Origin: a bacterium
GTDB taxonomy: Bacteria; UBA8248
Direction: 5' to 3'
DNA length: 64,000 nucleotides
NCBI GenBank assembly: GCA_965207065.1
Contig: OZ242260.1
Coordinates: forward strand, 1,760,001-1,824,000
Shown: piece after piece, positions 9,150-18,788 of the stretch
Layout: every line of letters starts with the position of its first letter
How positions within the stretch are numbered: position 1 is the first letter of the stretch
Program-made: the position numbers and the translations under genes
The notes under the pieces: model-generated
What the model was told of the DNA's origin: nothing
The model's database searches: none
Seen by the model: the letters and a program-made list of their open reading frames with translations, nothing else

Positions 9150-9298
9150 AGCAACCCCCCCTACCCCCCCTTGTCAGGGTCAAAACCGACCGAAGAGGGA
9201 GGTTTTGCGAGCCGATGCGTTTCCCGCCAATGGCTTATGCAAACGCTCGTTCCTCACTCGCGTTTGACCCCTGACAAGGGGGGGTAGGGGGGGTTGGT
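9150..9298. repeat. Inverted pair of family B repeats around a ~90 bp spacer
   Basis: GCAACCCCCCCTACCCCCCCTTGTCAGGG ... CCCCTGACAAGGGGGGGTAGGGGGGGTTG. Confidence 0.85.
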
Positions 9299-9506
9299 TT
9301 TGTAGCTGTCCCGCAGGTCGCGACCTGTCCCTGCGGCGGCGTCTTTCAATATTTTTTCCATTCAGATTCCCCCCGCAAAAAACGAGACATTGCCCACCGG
9401 AATATTGCTTGGTACTATTTTCGTTATGGGATGGCGTCCGCCGCCCGCGCCAATGGGACTCCATCATGCCGCCTGCATCGTAGTACGGGAAAGGGGGGTA
9501 GATGCG

Positions 9507-10868
9507 ATGGATTGGCTGAATTCCATGATTAGTTCCGTGAACGCCTTCGCCTGGGGGCCGCCGATGCTCGGTATGCTGGGGGTGACGGGCGTGCTGCTCA
9601 CGCTGGGGATGGTCTTCATGCCCTGGCGCAAGGTGGGGTACGGCTTCAAGCTCTTGTACGACACCGACGGGGAGGTCGGCGAGGGTGAGGTCAAGCCCTT
9701 CAACGCGCTGATGACGGCGCTATCGGCCACCGTCGGCACCGGGAACATCGCCGGCGTCGCCACCGCCATCGCCCTGGGCGGACCGGGGGCCATCTTCTAC
9801 ATGTGGCTCATCGCGCTCTTCGGCATGGCGACGAAATACGCCGAAGCCGTCTGCGCGGTCACCTACCGCGAGGTGGACGCGGCGGGCAAGTACGTGGGCG
9901 GTCCCATGTATTATCTCAGGAACGGCGTGGGCGAATTCGCGCCCGAACTCGCCAAGTGGCTGGGGCTCGCGTTCGCCGTGTTCGGCGCGGTGGCGGCTTT
10001 CGGCATCGGGAACGCCGTGCAGGTGAACTCGATGGCGACCGCGCTGCAGGGCAGCTTCCTGATCCCCACCTGGATTACGGGGGTCGTCGTGGCCGCGCTG
10101 GTGGGCTTCGTCATCCTGGGCGGCATCCAGCGGATCGGCGAGGTGGCGGGCAAGCTCGTGCCGGCCATGATCGCGCTCTACGTGGGCGCCGCGCTCATCA
10201 TCATCCTCATCAACATCGCCGCAGTGCCGGCGGCCATCGCCTTGATCTTCAAGCACGCCTTCACCCCGGCGGCGGCGGCGGGCGGTTTCGCGGGTGCGGC
10301 GGTGGCGGCGGCGGTTCGCTTCGGCGTCGCGCGCGGCGTGTTCTCGAACGAATCGGGTCTGGGCTCGGCGGCCATCGCGCACGCGGCGGCGCAGACGAAC
10401 AGCCCGGTGCGCCAGGGCGTCATCGCCATGCTCGGCACCTTCATCGACACCATCGTGGTCTGCACGATGACGGCGCTGGTCATCCTGACGTCGGGCGCAT
10501 GGGTGCTCAAGGATGCGGCCGGTAAGGGCTTGACGGGCGTCCTGCTCACCTCGGCGGGCTTCCAGAGCACCATCGCGGGCGGGAACTACATCGTCACCTT
10601 AGCGCTGGCCGTATTCGCCTTCACCACCATCCTGGGCTGGTCGTACTACGGCGAGCGGTGCTGGCAGTATCTCTTCAGCGAGAACAGCCTCATGGTCTAC
10701 CGCGGCCTTTGGGTGCTGGCGGCGCTCGGCTTCGCGAACGTCAAGGTGGACTTCGTCTGGAATCTCTCGGACACGCTGAACGGGCTGATGGCGGTGCCCA
10801 ACCTCATCGGCCTGCTCCTACTCGCGCCGATGGTCTTCAAGGTCACGCGCGAGTATTTCGACGCCTAG
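9507..10868 (+). CDS. Sodium:alanine/glycine symporter (AGCS family)
   Basis: ALSATVGTGNIAGVA, GGPGAIFYMW and RGVFSNESGLGS motifs; multiple TM helices. Confidence 0.95.
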   Translation: MDWLNSMISSVNAFAWGPPMLGMLGVTGVLLTLGMVFMPWRKVGYGFKLLYDTDGEVGEGEVKPFNALMTALSATVGTGNIAGVATAIALGGPGAIFYMWLIALFGMATKYAEAVCAVTYREVDAAGKYVGGPMYYLRNGVGEFAPELAKWLGLAFAVFGAVAAFGIGNAVQVNSMATALQGSFLIPTWITGVVVAALVGFVILGGIQRIGEVAGKLVPAMIALYVGAALIIILINIAAVPAAIALIFKHAFTPAAAAGGFAGAAVAAAVRFGVARGVFSNESGLGSAAIAHAAAQTNSPVRQGVIAMLGTFIDTIVVCTMTALVILTSGAWVLKDAAGKGLTGVLLTSAGFQSTIAGGNYIVTLALAVFAFTTILGWSYYGERCWQYLFSENSLMVYRGLWVLAALGFANVKVDFVWNLSDTLNGLMAVPNLIGLLLLAPMVFKVTREYFDA

Positions 10869-10953
10869 CAGTTTCACCAACCAGGGGCCGTCCTCGCGGG
10901 TTCGATACCGCCCGCCAGGGCGGCCCTTCCTGTAGGGGTTGCGCTCTGTAGCA

Positions 10954-11170
10954 GGGGCTGTTGAAAAAGCCTTAGCCAAGGGAATTTTTTTCTTGCCCCC
11001 TGTCAAGGGGGCGTTTCTTTCACCCCCTTATCGGGGGGGCTCCGCCTTTACCCCCCTGACAAGGGGGGGTAGGGGGGGTTGCTTTTCCAGTCGAGAGGAG
11101 CGTCCCTGCTACCCCCTGAAAAGGAACCCGCATTCGTTACATTCTGGATTCCGGCATGCGCCGGAATGAC
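10954..11170. repeat. Repeat mosaic: MITE-like end, family B units and a CTGGATTCCGGCATGCGCCGGAATGAC palindrome
   Basis: GGGGCTGTTGAAAAAGCC at 10954; family B at 11051-11083; palindrome at 11144-11170. Confidence 0.75.
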
Positions 11171-11332
11171 GAACCAAAGACACGTTGAAACATCCGGCTT
11201 GAGGGGTTCAGACGCCCTGCATTTGCTTTCCTGCGCGTCCGGCAAATAGTATTATATAGCCAGACTCGTATCTCACATCCGTAAGATATTCAAATAGGCG
11301 TGAACGAGAGGCGAGTATCACACGAGGGGAGT

Positions 11333-12340
11333 ATGGCCATGAAAATCGCAAAATCAGGTTTCGCTGTTTCCCTGCTCGTCTTTGCGCTGTTTCAGGCGGC
11401 GGGGCCGGCCATCGCCGAAGAATCCGGCGGATTCATGAAAAAGGGCGCCTACGTATTCGCGAAGCAGACCGGCATGTGCGGTTTTCAGTCGCTCGGCGGC
11501 GCTGGTCAATGCCCCGTATGGCGGTCCAAGGCGCCGAAGGGGAAGCCCGCGCCGGATAGTACCCTCGTCGCCGAGATGCCTCGCCCAAAAGGACTGGGCA
11601 AGCGCGGACGCAAAAGATGGCGCCGCTACCTCAAAGCCAAGAAACACAAGGCTTTCGCCCGTGGGTCGGGCAAGCGGTACGGATGGTCCTCCGGCCGGTC
11701 CTCCGTCGAGAAGGCGAAAAGGGCCGCAATGCGAAAGTGCGAGAAAAAGGGCGACACGTGCCGGATTATCTCGGTCGACGGGAAGCCTTTTGCCCCGGCC
11801 CCGGTAGCCAAACAAGTCCCGGCCCCGGCAGCCAAACCGGCCCCGGCTCCGGTTGCCAGACAAGCCCCGGCCCCGGTTGCCGGGTTGAAGGTCTCCTTCG
11901 CCGATTCGGCCTGGAACGGCGACACAATTCCCGATGGCCAGCAGTGCACGAAATTCTATGGAGAGGGGGGGACGCCGTCCTTGCGGGTCGAGAACATCCC
12001 CGCCGGGGCGAACGCGATCATCGTGGAGTTCAACGATCGGGACTACCCGCCTCTCTCTGAAGACGGCGGACACGGCAAGATCGGCTTCTGGGTCACGGAG
12101 GGTTCGAACAGCGCAGTCCTACCCCCGGTTCCGGGCGAAACGGATTCCCTGCCGAAGGGCAGTTTCGTGGAAGAGCCCAATCAGGCGACCGGCAGCTATG
12201 CGACGGACGGCTATCTCCCGCCGTGCTCGGGCGGCAACGATCACGCGTACTTCGCCGTGGTGAAGGCGGTGCGGAAGATGAAGGGAGAAGGAAAGCCCAA
12301 AGTGCTCGCCACGACGAAAATCGAACTGGGTTCCTATTGA
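11333..12340 (+). CDS. Secreted two-domain protein: basic Cys-containing N-domain, Pro/Ala linker, PEBP/YbhB-like C-domain
   Basis: Signal peptide (AAGPAIA|EE); AKRAAMRKCEKKGDTCRII; C-terminal TPSLRVENIP...YLPPCSGGNDHAYF resembles YbhB/YbcL. Confidence 0.7.
   Translation: MAMKIAKSGFAVSLLVFALFQAAGPAIAEESGGFMKKGAYVFAKQTGMCGFQSLGGAGQCPVWRSKAPKGKPAPDSTLVAEMPRPKGLGKRGRKRWRRYLKAKKHKAFARGSGKRYGWSSGRSSVEKAKRAAMRKCEKKGDTCRIISVDGKPFAPAPVAKQVPAPAAKPAPAPVARQAPAPVAGLKVSFADSAWNGDTIPDGQQCTKFYGEGGTPSLRVENIPAGANAIIVEFNDRDYPPLSEDGGHGKIGFWVTEGSNSAVLPPVPGETDSLPKGSFVEEPNQATGSYATDGYLPPCSGGNDHAYFAVVKAVRKMKGEGKPKVLATTKIELGSY
11792..11881 (+). repeat. In-frame 24-bp tandem repeat (~3.75 copies) encoding an APAPVAKQ-like linker
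   Basis: GCCCCGGCCCCGGTAGCCAAACAA / GTCCCGGCCCCGGCAGCCAAACCG / GCCCCGGCTCCGGTTGCCAGACAA / GCCCCGGCCCCGGTTGCC. Confidence 0.85.
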
Positions 12341-12467
12341 CCACAGGGCCGAGCATGACTGAGCGCTAGCGGCGAAGTAGTAAAGGGATGGGTGCTTAGA
12401 ATACTTGGCGCAGAGAATGGCGCCTTGCGGAACAGGCCCGCGTCTCAAGCCAGGGACTGCTACTCCC

Positions 12468-13145
12468 TCACAGCCTTCCCGCCGCCTCTTTCACCGCCGC
12501 TTCCCGCTCGTTCTGGCGCGCGGCGGCGCCTTCCTGCACGGCGGCGACCATCGCCGGGTCCGCCCGTTCGGGCGAGCCGGAATCGAACGGCGGCTGCGGG
12601 TCGTACTCCATGCCGAGCTGGATCTTCCGCGCGGCTTCAGCTCCGAGCACCTCGCCCGCCACCGTCAGGGCGAAATCGATGCCCGCCGTCACCCCGCCGC
12701 CGGTGATCACGTTCCCGTCCACGACCACGCGCTCGGCCACGGGCTCGCAGCCGAAGGCGGCCAGCATCGCGTGCGACATCCAGTGCGAGGTCGCGCGTTT
12801 TCCTTTCAGAAGCCCCGCCGCGCCCAGCACGAGCGACCCTGTGCAAACGGAAGTGACGTAGCGCGCCCCCGCCGCCTGCCTGCGCACGAAGTCGAGCGTC
12901 TCCTCATCGTTCAAGAGCGCGTTCATGCCCGCCCCGCCCGGTACGCAGATGAGGTCGAGCTGCGGACAATCTTCGAACGTCATGCCCGGCAGGAGCTCCA
13001 TGCCGCCGCCGGCCTTGACCGGGTCGAGCGTCTTCCAGACGAGGTGCACGTCCGAGTCGGGGAACTTGGTGAAGACCTCGTAGGGTCCGGTCATGTCGAG
13101 CTGGGTGAGGTTCGGGAAGAGAAGAAGGCCGATCTGGAATCGCAT
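12468..13145 (-). CDS. DJ-1/PfpI family protein, isonitrile hydratase-like
   Basis: LTQLDMTGPYEV, SVCTGSLVLG (catalytic Cys), GGVTAGIDFAL, EYDPQPPFDSG. Confidence 0.9.
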   Translation of the reverse strand: MRFQIGLLLFPNLTQLDMTGPYEVFTKFPDSDVHLVWKTLDPVKAGGGMELLPGMTFEDCPQLDLICVPGGAGMNALLNDEETLDFVRRQAAGARYVTSVCTGSLVLGAAGLLKGKRATSHWMSHAMLAAFGCEPVAERVVVDGNVITGGGVTAGIDFALTVAGEVLGAEAARKIQLGMEYDPQPPFDSGSPERADPAMVAAVQEGAAARQNEREAAVKEAAGRL

Positions 13146-13291
13146 GGCGCCTCGATGCCTCCGCTGTTTGGGTGTGGAGTCAGGGTATGGGCGGCTGGTT
13201 GAAGTGTCAAGGTGAACCCTCTCCGCCATATCCGCTCCCATGCTATACTGCGCCTCGTATCGAAACCCCTGCTCCTTCATGAAGGCCGCCA

Positions 13292-14518
13292 TTGGAATAT
13301 CTCTCCTTCGCGTGGAATAACCGCCGTTTCCTGTCATTCGGGCTTCTGCTCACGTTTTTTTCGTTCTTCGGGCAATCCTATTTCATCGCCGTGTTCAACA
13401 CCGATATCCGCGCCGCCTTCGCACTCTCCCACGGAGAGTTCGGCCTCGCCTACGCCGTCGCCACCGTCTCGAGCGCCATGTGCCTGATATGGATTGGCCG
13501 GATGATCGACAGGACGAGGCTCAAGGTTTTCGCCCTGTGCGTCTGCGGGGGGTTGATCGCCTCCTGCGTCCTGATGGCGGCGGCGCCCGTTTTTCCGGCG
13601 CTTCTCTTCGCCCTGTTCGCACTGCGTCTCACGGGGCAGGGGTTGATGGTCCACACCTCGGTGACGAGCATCGGCCGGCATTTCACGGCGGAGCGCGGGC
13701 GCGCCGTCAGCATCATCTCGATGGGCGGACCCTCCGGCCAGGCGGTGATGGCGCTCGTGGCCGTGGCGCTCACCGCGTGGCTCTCCTGGCGGCAGGTCTG
13801 GCTGGTGATGGCGGCCTTCTCCGCCCTGGTGCTGATTCCCGCCGTCGCCTGGCTGCTTTCGGATCATCAAGACGAGCATCTGGCTCGTGCGGCGCGCACG
13901 GGGGAGGCGGCTTCCGCCGCGAGACCCAAAGGGGTGTGGGGAAGGAGGGAAGTGCTCAAGGACCTGCGGTTTTATCTCATCATGCCCGTCTCTCTCGCGC
14001 CCTCGTTCATCGGCACCGGCTTTTTCTTTCACATGGGGCATCTGGTGGAGGCCAAGGGGTGGAGCCTCGCCTTTTTCACGGGCGCGTACACGCTCTACAC
14101 GCTTTTCTCCGTCACGTTGACGCTGTTCACCGGCCCCCTCGTCGACCGCGTCGGCGCGGTCCGGATTCTCCCCTGGCATCTCGCGCCCATGTGCGTCGCG
14201 CTTCTGGCGCTGGCGAGTTCCGACCACTGGGTCGTGGCCCTCATCTACATGGTCATGACGGGCGTCACCGTCGGCGTGCGCATCACCATCGGCGGGGCCA
14301 TCTGGGCGGAAATCTACGGCGTGGAGAACCTGGGGGCCATCCGCTCGCTCGCCACCTCGTTCATGGTGGTGTCGACCGCGCTCTCGCCCGTCGTCATGGG
14401 CTGGCTGATCGACTCCGGCGTGAGTATGGACAGCATCGCGCTCATGTGCCTGGTCTACGCGGCGGGGGCGTCGGTCCTGAGCGGCGCGTCCCTCGGGATG
14501 CGGGTCAATCCCGAATGA
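13292..14518 (+). CDS. MFS transporter
   Basis: ~12 hydrophobic segments; GRMIDRTR and GPLVDRVG MFS loop motifs. Confidence 0.9.
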   Translation: MEYLSFAWNNRRFLSFGLLLTFFSFFGQSYFIAVFNTDIRAAFALSHGEFGLAYAVATVSSAMCLIWIGRMIDRTRLKVFALCVCGGLIASCVLMAAAPVFPALLFALFALRLTGQGLMVHTSVTSIGRHFTAERGRAVSIISMGGPSGQAVMALVAVALTAWLSWRQVWLVMAAFSALVLIPAVAWLLSDHQDEHLARAARTGEAASAARPKGVWGRREVLKDLRFYLIMPVSLAPSFIGTGFFFHMGHLVEAKGWSLAFFTGAYTLYTLFSVTLTLFTGPLVDRVGAVRILPWHLAPMCVALLALASSDHWVVALIYMVMTGVTVGVRITIGGAIWAEIYGVENLGAIRSLATSFMVVSTALSPVVMGWLIDSGVSMDSIALMCLVYAAGASVLSGASLGMRVNPE

Positions 14519-14556
14519 ACAAGAAGGAATTGCGCCTTTTTGGGGAAGATTTTTCT

Positions 14557-14586
14557 TGTAGGGACAGGTCGCGACCTGTCCCTACG
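14557..14586. repeat. GTAG-type REP palindrome
   Basis: GTAGGGACAGGTCGCGACCTGTCCCTAC; related copies at ~9313, ~15083 and ~20433-20497. Confidence 0.8.
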
Positions 14587-14588
14587 GG

Positions 14589-14951
14589 CTAACCGGTTCG
14601 CTCGATGAGTTCGCGCAGGGCCATGCGGCTTTCGGCCTGTCCGTCGATGAGCGCGCGTAAAGAGTCGCGGCTTTCGGCATGGGTCGTCATTCTCTCCTCA
14701 TGCCTGCGCCTGGAATTTGTGGACTCTTCATCATGCTTGCGCATCCACTCGTCGTGCCTGCGGTTCGCTTCTTCGTCCCTGCGCCGGGACTCCGCCATCC
14801 TTTCATTGTGCTTGCGCTCGGAGTCCGCCGCCCGTATTTCCGCGCCGCGCGCCATCACGCGGATGCCGTAGTAGAGCAGCCCGAGGCCGCCGAAGGAAGC
14901 GATGAGGTTGAGATAGGCGGCGAGGAGACTCCAACTTTCAAAGGTCGTCAT
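14589..14951 (-). CDS. Hypothetical single-pass membrane protein with charged coiled-coil (RRHDE/RRHEE repeats)
   Basis: AGGAG RBS; N-terminal hydrophobic helix, then repeated RKHNE/RRHDE/RKHDE/RRHEE. Confidence 0.7.
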   Translation of the reverse strand: MTTFESWSLLAAYLNLIASFGGLGLLYYGIRVMARGAEIRAADSERKHNERMAESRRRDEEANRRHDEWMRKHDEESTNSRRRHEERMTTHAESRDSLRALIDGQAESRMALRELIERTG

Positions 14952-15130
14952 GTGCTTTCTCCTTTGAGTTGGGTCCCCTGGCGGCTGTGGTTGATTTCAT
15001 TATATCCGATCGCCCACCCTCCGCAATCAACCGGGAGAGGACGGGCGCACAAATCCGCACTTGCAATCATGTGCTCTTTATCTGTAGTCGCGACCTGTGG
15101 GGCAACCCCGAGGAGGGGAGGCTAGCGCCC

Positions 15131-15439
15131 TCACCGCCCCCGGCGTTTTGCGGGCGCGAAGCGTCGCCGCCAGCTCGCCGTCTGGGAGCGCGTGATGCGG
15201 TAGAGCATGTAGCCCCCCGCCGTCACCGAGACGAGGATGAGCGCGAAGCCAATCGTCATCGCCCGCTGGAACGGCGTGGCGCGCCTGGTTTTATCCTGAG
15301 CGGAGCTTGCCGCTTTTTCACCAATTGCGGGAGGTTTCTCCGGCGGCGCGACCTCGGGCAGCCAGACGAAGGGAATCGCCACCATCCCCGCCACGAAGAC
15401 GATGGGCAGAATCAGGCGCGTGAAGTAAAGACGGAACAA
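15131..15439 (-). CDS. Small hypothetical membrane protein (2 TM)
   Basis: GGAGG RBS before TTG; two hydrophobic stretches and a basic tail. Confidence 0.5.
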   Translation of the reverse strand: MFRLYFTRLILPIVFVAGMVAIPFVWLPEVAPPEKPPAIGEKAASSAQDKTRRATPFQRAMTIGFALILVSVTAGGYMLYRITRSQTASWRRRFAPAKRRGR

Positions 15440-15736
15440 GTGTGATAAACCTCCATACAGTCTCGAACAAAAAGGTCCGCATCCGGCGCGGGATTTGTCC
15501 GGCGGCGAGTCATTGACCACTCGCTTCGGACTATAAAGTGCGCGGACGCCGGAATCCACCCCGGAGCCGCAGCAGGCCTGAGGCATAACTCGTTTTTGGC
15601 TTTCGGGGGCGGGCGGTTTTCGTTTCGCCCAAAATGTGGTGATATTTGCTTTTCGCCTGTGGTGCGCAGCGCGTGTATTTTTTTTGAGCGTTTTCGCTTG
15701 GTATTTTTATGTTTTTTGCAAGGGAGGCGGCAACGG

Positions 15737-16492
15737 ATGAAACGGCCCAGAATCGGAATCACCTGTGACGTTGGCAAGCGGAATTACCCCGAAGAACCCA
15801 AGGTGCGCCCGCGCCACGTGCTCATGGACGCTTATGTGGAGTGCGTTATCAAGGCGGGCGGCGCGCCCCTGCTGCTCCCCGCGGTGGAGGATGAGCAGGC
15901 GAGCGTCTCCTTGCTCACCGGCATCCACGGGCTGATCATCTCGGGCGGCGGGCACGACATCGACCCCATGCTCTACGGCGAGGAGCGCATTCCCGAATGC
16001 AGCCCCACGAACCCCAAGCGCGAGACGGCGGAGATGGCGGCCTGCCGGGGAGCCATGTCGCGCGACATGCCCGTGCTCGGCATCTGCGGCGGCATGCAGG
16101 TCATCAACATCGCGGCGGGCGGCACGCTCTATCAGGACATCCCCTCCCAGGTGCCGGACGCGCTCACGCACCGGCCCGATAACACGGACGAGAACACCTA
16201 CACGTTCCACGAGATAGAGATCGGCGATTCCATCCTGGGCGAGGTGCTGGGTGCTTCGTCGGTGGTGAACAGCCACCATCACCAGAGCGCGCGCGAGGTG
16301 GGGCCGGGCGTGCGCGTTTCGGCCAAAACCGGGGACGGCATCATCGAGGCCATCGAGTCCCCCTCGCACCAGTTCGTCGTGGGCGTGCAGTGGCACCCCG
16401 AATCCATGTCGGCCTACGGCTACGCCGACATGGACGGAGCGGCGCAGCTCTTCTCCCGCTTCGTGGACGAGGCCCGCATCTACGGGGACTAG
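15737..16492 (+). CDS. Gamma-glutamyl-gamma-aminobutyrate hydrolase family (peptidase C26, class I GATase)
   Basis: GLIISGGGHDIDP, LGICGGMQ (nucleophile Cys), VNSHHHQ, VQWHPE. Confidence 0.9.
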   Translation: MKRPRIGITCDVGKRNYPEEPKVRPRHVLMDAYVECVIKAGGAPLLLPAVEDEQASVSLLTGIHGLIISGGGHDIDPMLYGEERIPECSPTNPKRETAEMAACRGAMSRDMPVLGICGGMQVINIAAGGTLYQDIPSQVPDALTHRPDNTDENTYTFHEIEIGDSILGEVLGASSVVNSHHHQSAREVGPGVRVSAKTGDGIIEAIESPSHQFVVGVQWHPESMSAYGYADMDGAAQLFSRFVDEARIYGD

Positions 16493-16552
16493 GAAGCGCG
16501 GGGCGGGGGCGATTACTTTCTTGAACATCACAAACCCTGAGGAACCATCCTG

Positions 16553-18778
16553 ATGGACAAGCGACTCGACCCTTACCGATTCGACGTGGGCGCGGCCCGC
16601 GTGGAGCCTGAAACCCCCATCGTGGCGGGGGCGTTCTTCACCCGGAAGATCATCTTCACGGCGGGCAGGTACGGGGTGGACGAGGGCGCGCAGATACTGG
16701 TCTGCAAGCGCCTCTCGAGCGACATGGAGATCCCCCAGTTCGAAGACCCGGCAGCGTCCGGCTACGTGAGCGTCACGTGTTCGAACGAAGATGTGGGCCT
16801 TGCGCTCTCCTACCAGGAACAGGGCTATCTGGACGATTGGCGCTCCGGCGTCGCGGTCCGCGTGGCGAAGGGTTATCTCTGCCAGGACGATGAAGTAACG
16901 CTCGTCCTGGGCGACACCAGCGGCGGCGGCCCCGGCATTCGCGCGCAGACGTTTCCCGAAACGCGCCACACGTTCAAGATCGTGGTGGACACATTCAACC
17001 GCAAGCATTTCTACGAGCTGGCCGAAGACCCGGACATCCGCGTCGTGGGCGGCGCGCCTGAAACCTGGCATCTCGCCTGCCCCCAGACGCCGAAGCAAGG
17101 AGAGTCGTTCTCCGCCATCGTGCGCGGCGTGGACAGCTGGGGGAACCCGGCGGAGGAATTCACCGGCGAGGTAACGGTCAACAAGAGTCTTACGCGGTGG
17201 CGCGAGGAGGATGAGGCCCCAGGTAAAGTGGAATTCACCTCAGGCGACGGCGGCGTGAAGCGCGCCGGCGGCGCGCGGCTGACGGGCGAGGGGCCTTATC
17301 GACTGCGCTTGGAAGACCCGGCGGGGCTGGTCTCTTTAAGTCCGCCGATTCTGCCCAAAGCGCCGGACGATCCCTACTCGCTTTTCTGGGGGGACATCCA
17401 CGGCCAGACGCGCTCCACGGTCGGCACGGGCACGGTGGAGGAATACTTCCGCTTCGCGCGCGACAAGGCGGGTGTGGACGTCGCCGCGTGGCAGGGCAAC
17501 GATTTCAGGGTCCGCAAGGAGGACTGGGCGGAGGTCGTGCGCGAGTGCAAGGCGTTCAACGAGCCGGGCCGCTTCGTCACGCTTCTGGGCTATGAGTGGT
17601 CGGGCACGCGCTCAGGCGGGGGCGATTACAACATCTACTACGCGGGCGACGAAGGAACCATCCACAGGAGTTCCCACGCGGGCGTGGACGACCTATCAGA
17701 CGTCGCCGACGACAGGTTCCCCATCTCGGCCTTGTGGGAGACCTTCAGAGGCCGTGCGGACGTGATGAGCGTCGCCCACGTGGGCGGACGTGCGTGCAAC
17801 CTCGATTTCTTCGACCCCGAATTCGTTCACCTGGCGGAAATCCACTCCCATCACGGCACTTTCGAGTGGTTCGCGGAAGAAGTGCTCGCGCGCGGCTTTA
17901 GGGTCGGCTTCATCGGCGGGAGCGACGATCACACGGGCCGCCAGGGGCTGGTCTACCCCAACCGCCGCTCGAACAACGTCGTCACCTTCGACGTGAAGGG
18001 CGGCTTGATGGGCCTCTATGCCCGTGAACTCACGCGCGAGGCCGTCTGGGAGGCGATGCGCGCGAGGAGGACCTACGCCACGAACGGCGAGCGTATTTTC
18101 TTGAAGACCGCGTGCGGCGAGGCTCTCATGGGCGGGGAGGTCGAGGCGCAAGGCCCGCCCACCATCAAGGTCGAGATCCACGGAACGGCGCCGCTTCTGG
18201 ACGTGGATCTGATACGCGGCGGTGAGACCATCCACCGCCATCCGGTGAACGCAGTCGAAGCCGGTGGCCGCGCGCGGCGAATCCGCGTCCAGTGGAGCGG
18301 GGTGACGCAGAAAAGCGGGCGCGACAAGAAGGTCGAATGGCGCGGCGGCATCGCGCTCGACAAGGGCGCAATGCTCGCACACACGCCCTACGCGCTCGAT
18401 CAGTACGACGACGCGGTCACCCGCGTATCGAACAAGCTGCTCCGCTTCGCCACGGCGACCTCGGGCGACCCCGACGGCGTGCTCATCGACCTGGACGCAC
18501 CCGATGACGCCACGCTCTCTTTCTTCAGCAACGTCAAGAGTTTCACGCTGCCAATCGGTGATATTTCTACAGAGCCGACAATTATCGAAGCCGGCGGCGT
18601 GAACATCCGCGTTTTAGTCTGCGAACTCGCCCCGACCCTCAAAGACTGGAGCGCGCGCTTCCAGTTCACCGACGAAACAGCCTCCCCAAATGCCGTCAAC
18701 CCCTACTGGGTGCGCGTCCTCCAGGTCGACGGCGGCCAGGCCTGGTCGAGTCCGGTGTATGTGAGGTGTAGGAAGTGA
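16553..18778 (+). CDS. DUF3604-like PHP-type metallohydrolase with beta-rich flanking domains
   Basis: WGDIHGQT, GYEWSG, EIHSHHG, GGSDDHTG, RRTYATNG; C-terminal YWVRVLQ.DG..AWSSP. Confidence 0.8.
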   Translation: MDKRLDPYRFDVGAARVEPETPIVAGAFFTRKIIFTAGRYGVDEGAQILVCKRLSSDMEIPQFEDPAASGYVSVTCSNEDVGLALSYQEQGYLDDWRSGVAVRVAKGYLCQDDEVTLVLGDTSGGGPGIRAQTFPETRHTFKIVVDTFNRKHFYELAEDPDIRVVGGAPETWHLACPQTPKQGESFSAIVRGVDSWGNPAEEFTGEVTVNKSLTRWREEDEAPGKVEFTSGDGGVKRAGGARLTGEGPYRLRLEDPAGLVSLSPPILPKAPDDPYSLFWGDIHGQTRSTVGTGTVEEYFRFARDKAGVDVAAWQGNDFRVRKEDWAEVVRECKAFNEPGRFVTLLGYEWSGTRSGGGDYNIYYAGDEGTIHRSSHAGVDDLSDVADDRFPISALWETFRGRADVMSVAHVGGRACNLDFFDPEFVHLAEIHSHHGTFEWFAEEVLARGFRVGFIGGSDDHTGRQGLVYPNRRSNNVVTFDVKGGLMGLYARELTREAVWEAMRARRTYATNGERIFLKTACGEALMGGEVEAQGPPTIKVEIHGTAPLLDVDLIRGGETIHRHPVNAVEAGGRARRIRVQWSGVTQKSGRDKKVEWRGGIALDKGAMLAHTPYALDQYDDAVTRVSNKLLRFATATSGDPDGVLIDLDAPDDATLSFFSNVKSFTLPIGDISTEPTIIEAGGVNIRVLVCELAPTLKDWSARFQFTDETASPNAVNPYWVRVLQVDGGQAWSSPVYVRCRK

Positions 18779-18788
18779 GGAGAGTGAG

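Noticed and set aside
9340-9506. Glycine riboswitch upstream of the alanine/glycine symporter
   Set aside because: The conserved GGAGA…CCGAAG…CTCTCAGG elements were not found
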